From positions 1 through 42,227 of IMG/VR virus record IMGVR_UViG_3300017440_000003: a stretch of DNA of 42,227 nt, one strand, 5' to 3'. Under the pieces are notes generated by a model, which made no database searches, had not been told where the DNA came from, and worked only from the letters and a program-made list of their open reading frames with translations. Numbering within the stretch: position 1 is the stretch's first letter; each line of letters begins with the position of its first letter. A program made the translations under genes and the position numbers. Shown piece after piece: positions 40,583 through 42,227 of this stretch. The DNA comes from a virus.

Positions 40583-41545
40583 ATGGCAGTTCCATCGAAT
40601 ACCATCCAGACCATGAGCCGAGTGGGCAACCGCGAGGACCTTTCCGACCTCATCAGCAACATCAGCCCCACCGAGACGCCGTTTGTGACCGCGATCGGTC
40701 GCGAGAAAGCTGAAGCGGTTTACACCGAGTGGCAGACGGATGCGCTGGTGTCGGCCAATCCGCAGAACAAGGCGGTGCAGGGCGATGACCTGAGCAACGA
40801 GAACCGTCCGGCAACGACTCGTCTGGGCAACTACACTCAGATTTTCACCAAGGTCGTCGGCACTTCGACCACGCAGCAGGCGGTGAAGGCCGCGGGCCGC
40901 GCCAACGAACACGCCTATCAGATCGCCAAGGCGGGCAAGGAATGGAAGCGCGACCGTGAGGCCCGGTACACCGGCAATTTCGCAGCCGTGCCGCCGTCCT
41001 CGACCGTTGCAGGTGAAGCAGCGGGCGCTCTGGCGTTCATCCGCACCAATGCCAGCCGCGGCGCTGGTGGCGTCAATCCTACGCTGTCGGGCACCACACA
41101 GGGCTATCCGAACGCACCTGCCGCGAACGGCTCGCAGCGGGCCTATACCGAGGCGCTGCTGAAGGCGGCGATTGCGTCGGCCTGGAACGCTGGCGGCGAG
41201 CCCACGCTCGTCATCACGTCGCTTGCGCAGAAGCAGGTGGCGGCGACCTTCTCGGGTCTGGCGCAGCAGCGTCGCGAGACGGGCAACAAGCGCCTGACCA
41301 TCGTGGCGGGTGCGGATGTGTACGTGTCGGACGTGGGCGAACTCCAGTTCGTGCCGGATCGCTTCTGCTCCAGCCGTGATGCGCTCATCATCGATCCTGA
41401 ACTGTGGGCGATCCGCACGCTGGACCCGCTCCAGAAGCGCAAGCTGGCGGTGACGGGCCTTGCCGATCGTGACGCGATGTACTCTGAGGAAACTCTGGTA
41501 TGCCGCAACGATGCGGGCAACGCGGTGATCGCGGACCTCACCTGA
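40583..41545 (+). CDS. major capsid protein (DUF5309 / SU10-type HK97 fold)
   Basis: N-terminal GNREDLSDLISNISPTETPFVTAIGREKAEAVYTEWQTDAL is the signature of this capsid family. 320 aa. Confidence 0.8.
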   Translation: MAVPSNTIQTMSRVGNREDLSDLISNISPTETPFVTAIGREKAEAVYTEWQTDALVSANPQNKAVQGDDLSNENRPATTRLGNYTQIFTKVVGTSTTQQAVKAAGRANEHAYQIAKAGKEWKRDREARYTGNFAAVPPSSTVAGEAAGALAFIRTNASRGAGGVNPTLSGTTQGYPNAPAANGSQRAYTEALLKAAIASAWNAGGEPTLVITSLAQKQVAATFSGLAQQRRETGNKRLTIVAGADVYVSDVGELQFVPDRFCSSRDALIIDPELWAIRTLDPLQKRKLAVTGLADRDAMYSEETLVCRNDAGNAVIADLT

Positions 41546-41554
41546 ACCCTGTAA

Positions 41555-41588
41555 GGCCCGTCCCGCGTTAATGGGGCGGGCCGCTTTT
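41555..41588 (+). terminator. Rho-independent terminator after the capsid gene
   Basis: GGCCCGTCCC-N8-GGGGCGGGCC (one G:U pair) followed by GCTTTT. Confidence 0.7.
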
Positions 41589-41601
41589 AGGAGTGAATGA
41601 C

Positions 41602-42141
41602 ATGGGACGACCCCGCAAGGATACCACGCAGAGCGACGACAACACCGTCCTCGAAACCAACACGCAGGGCAAGGATTTGCCGGAGACGAAGGAATCCGGT
41701 GACGTTGCGCCCGGCGTGCGCGATCTTCCCCCGGCCAATCCGCTCGGTGAACCGGTGAAGCCCGCCGACCAGTATGCCAGTCCGTCCGAGGCCGGCAAGA
41801 TGGCGGCGGCATTGGGGATCGAGACGGAGGAGACGCGCGATGTGGCGGACTACGTGGCCGGCGAAACCGTCGTTGAGCATCCGCTGTCGCCCACCGACGC
41901 CAACCCGAACCCGCATGGTCAGCGGTCCAACCCGGACGCCGATCTGGTGGTGGAGACGGACGACAAGGGGCGCGAGTCGCGCGTTACCCGTGATGAGTCC
42001 GACATGGTGGAAGTCACCGGCGCAGACGACCTCCCCGCCGCCGTCCACGTGGGCGACGGGCGCACCATCGGCCGGGGTCAGTCGATGAAGGTCGACAAGG
42101 ACACCGCGAAGACCCTGCGCGACAACGGGCAGGTTCGATAA
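41602..42141 (+). CDS. acidic, Pro-rich hypothetical protein (179 aa)
   Basis: ORF-track GTG 41593 trimmed to ATG 41602, 8 nt after AGGAG. Its 3' end lies in the terminal repeat. Confidence 0.55.
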   Translation: MGRPRKDTTQSDDNTVLETNTQGKDLPETKESGDVAPGVRDLPPANPLGEPVKPADQYASPSEAGKMAAALGIETEETRDVADYVAGETVVEHPLSPTDANPNPHGQRSNPDADLVVETDDKGRESRVTRDESDMVEVTGADDLPAAVHVGDGRTIGRGQSMKVDKDTAKTLRDNGQVR

Positions 42142-42227
42142 CATGGCTGACGAGAAGCTTCTGAGCTATGACCCGGCAACGGGCATGAAGGAATGGTTCT
42201 CGTCAGACGATGAGGGCGACACGTGGC
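42105..42227. repeat. Terminal direct repeat, right copy (identical to 1..123)
   Basis: Contains the stop of 41602..42141 and the first 85 nt of the gene annotated at 39..362. Confidence 0.95.

Larger units (their letters stand above)
1..42104. mobile_element. Complete circularly closed dsDNA phage genome (unit length ~42,104 bp), podovirus-like gene set
   Basis: First 123 bp recur exactly at the window end. Has terS-terL-portal-scaffold-capsid, internal virion proteins, tailspike, lysis, replication and early modules. No tail tube/sheath/tape-measure-chaperone set and no integrase recognised. Confidence 0.8.

Noticed and set aside
35947-41812. Long minus-strand ORFs (35947..36798, 36831..37556, 37800..38684, 40514..41812) across the terminase, portal and capsid genes
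   Set aside because: All are antisense to genes with clear family motifs. They have Arg-rich low-complexity products and no SD or coupling pattern, and so are shadow ORFs.

Overview
The window is one complete, circularly closed dsDNA phage genome. Its unit length is about 42,104 bp, and bases 1-123 are repeated exactly at 42105-42227. It is high-GC and tightly packed, with many ATGA/TGATG start-stop overlaps.

Three transcription blocks are visible:
- A leftward early operon of 14 small genes (23181 down to 18947). It includes a Lar-type restriction-alleviation protein, zinc-finger mini-proteins, membrane proteins and a 42-aa signal-peptide precursor.
- A rightward early/middle region (23301-33680). 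It encodes two Cro/YdaS-like HTH proteins, a YqaJ exonuclease, a DPPY DNA methyltransferase, a VRR-NUC nuclease, a GapR/DUF2312 nucleoid protein, an AEP primase fused to a RecA-like helicase, iterons, SSB and a short C5-methyltransferase-like gene.
- A ~27-kb late block (33841 through the circular junction to 18926). It encodes HNH, terS, terL, portal, scaffold, a DUF5309-type capsid, collagen-like fibre, internal virion proteins, a beta-helix tailspike and a lysis cassette with a GH108 endolysin. It ends with an unusual three-gene glycan module: a GH78 alpha-L-rhamnosidase, a LamG-lectin fibre-like protein and a Sec-secreted glycoside-hydrolase-like protein.

I saw no integrase, CI-type repressor, tRNA, CRISPR array or reverse transcriptase. 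GapR points to an alphaproteobacterial host; a sphingomonad host is only an inference from the rhamnosidase.

Most notable observations:
- the glycan module
- two paralogous promoter-in-palindrome elements at operon boundaries, with compensatory stem changes
- a CGGACA iteron field next to the primase-helicase
- a mosaic methyltransferase gene that keeps a 45-nt remnant of the replaced 5' end
- a spanin-less lysis cassette ending in a cationic 44-aa peptide
- the uncharacterised leftward early operon

All functional calls come from motifs read by eye; no database search was possible.
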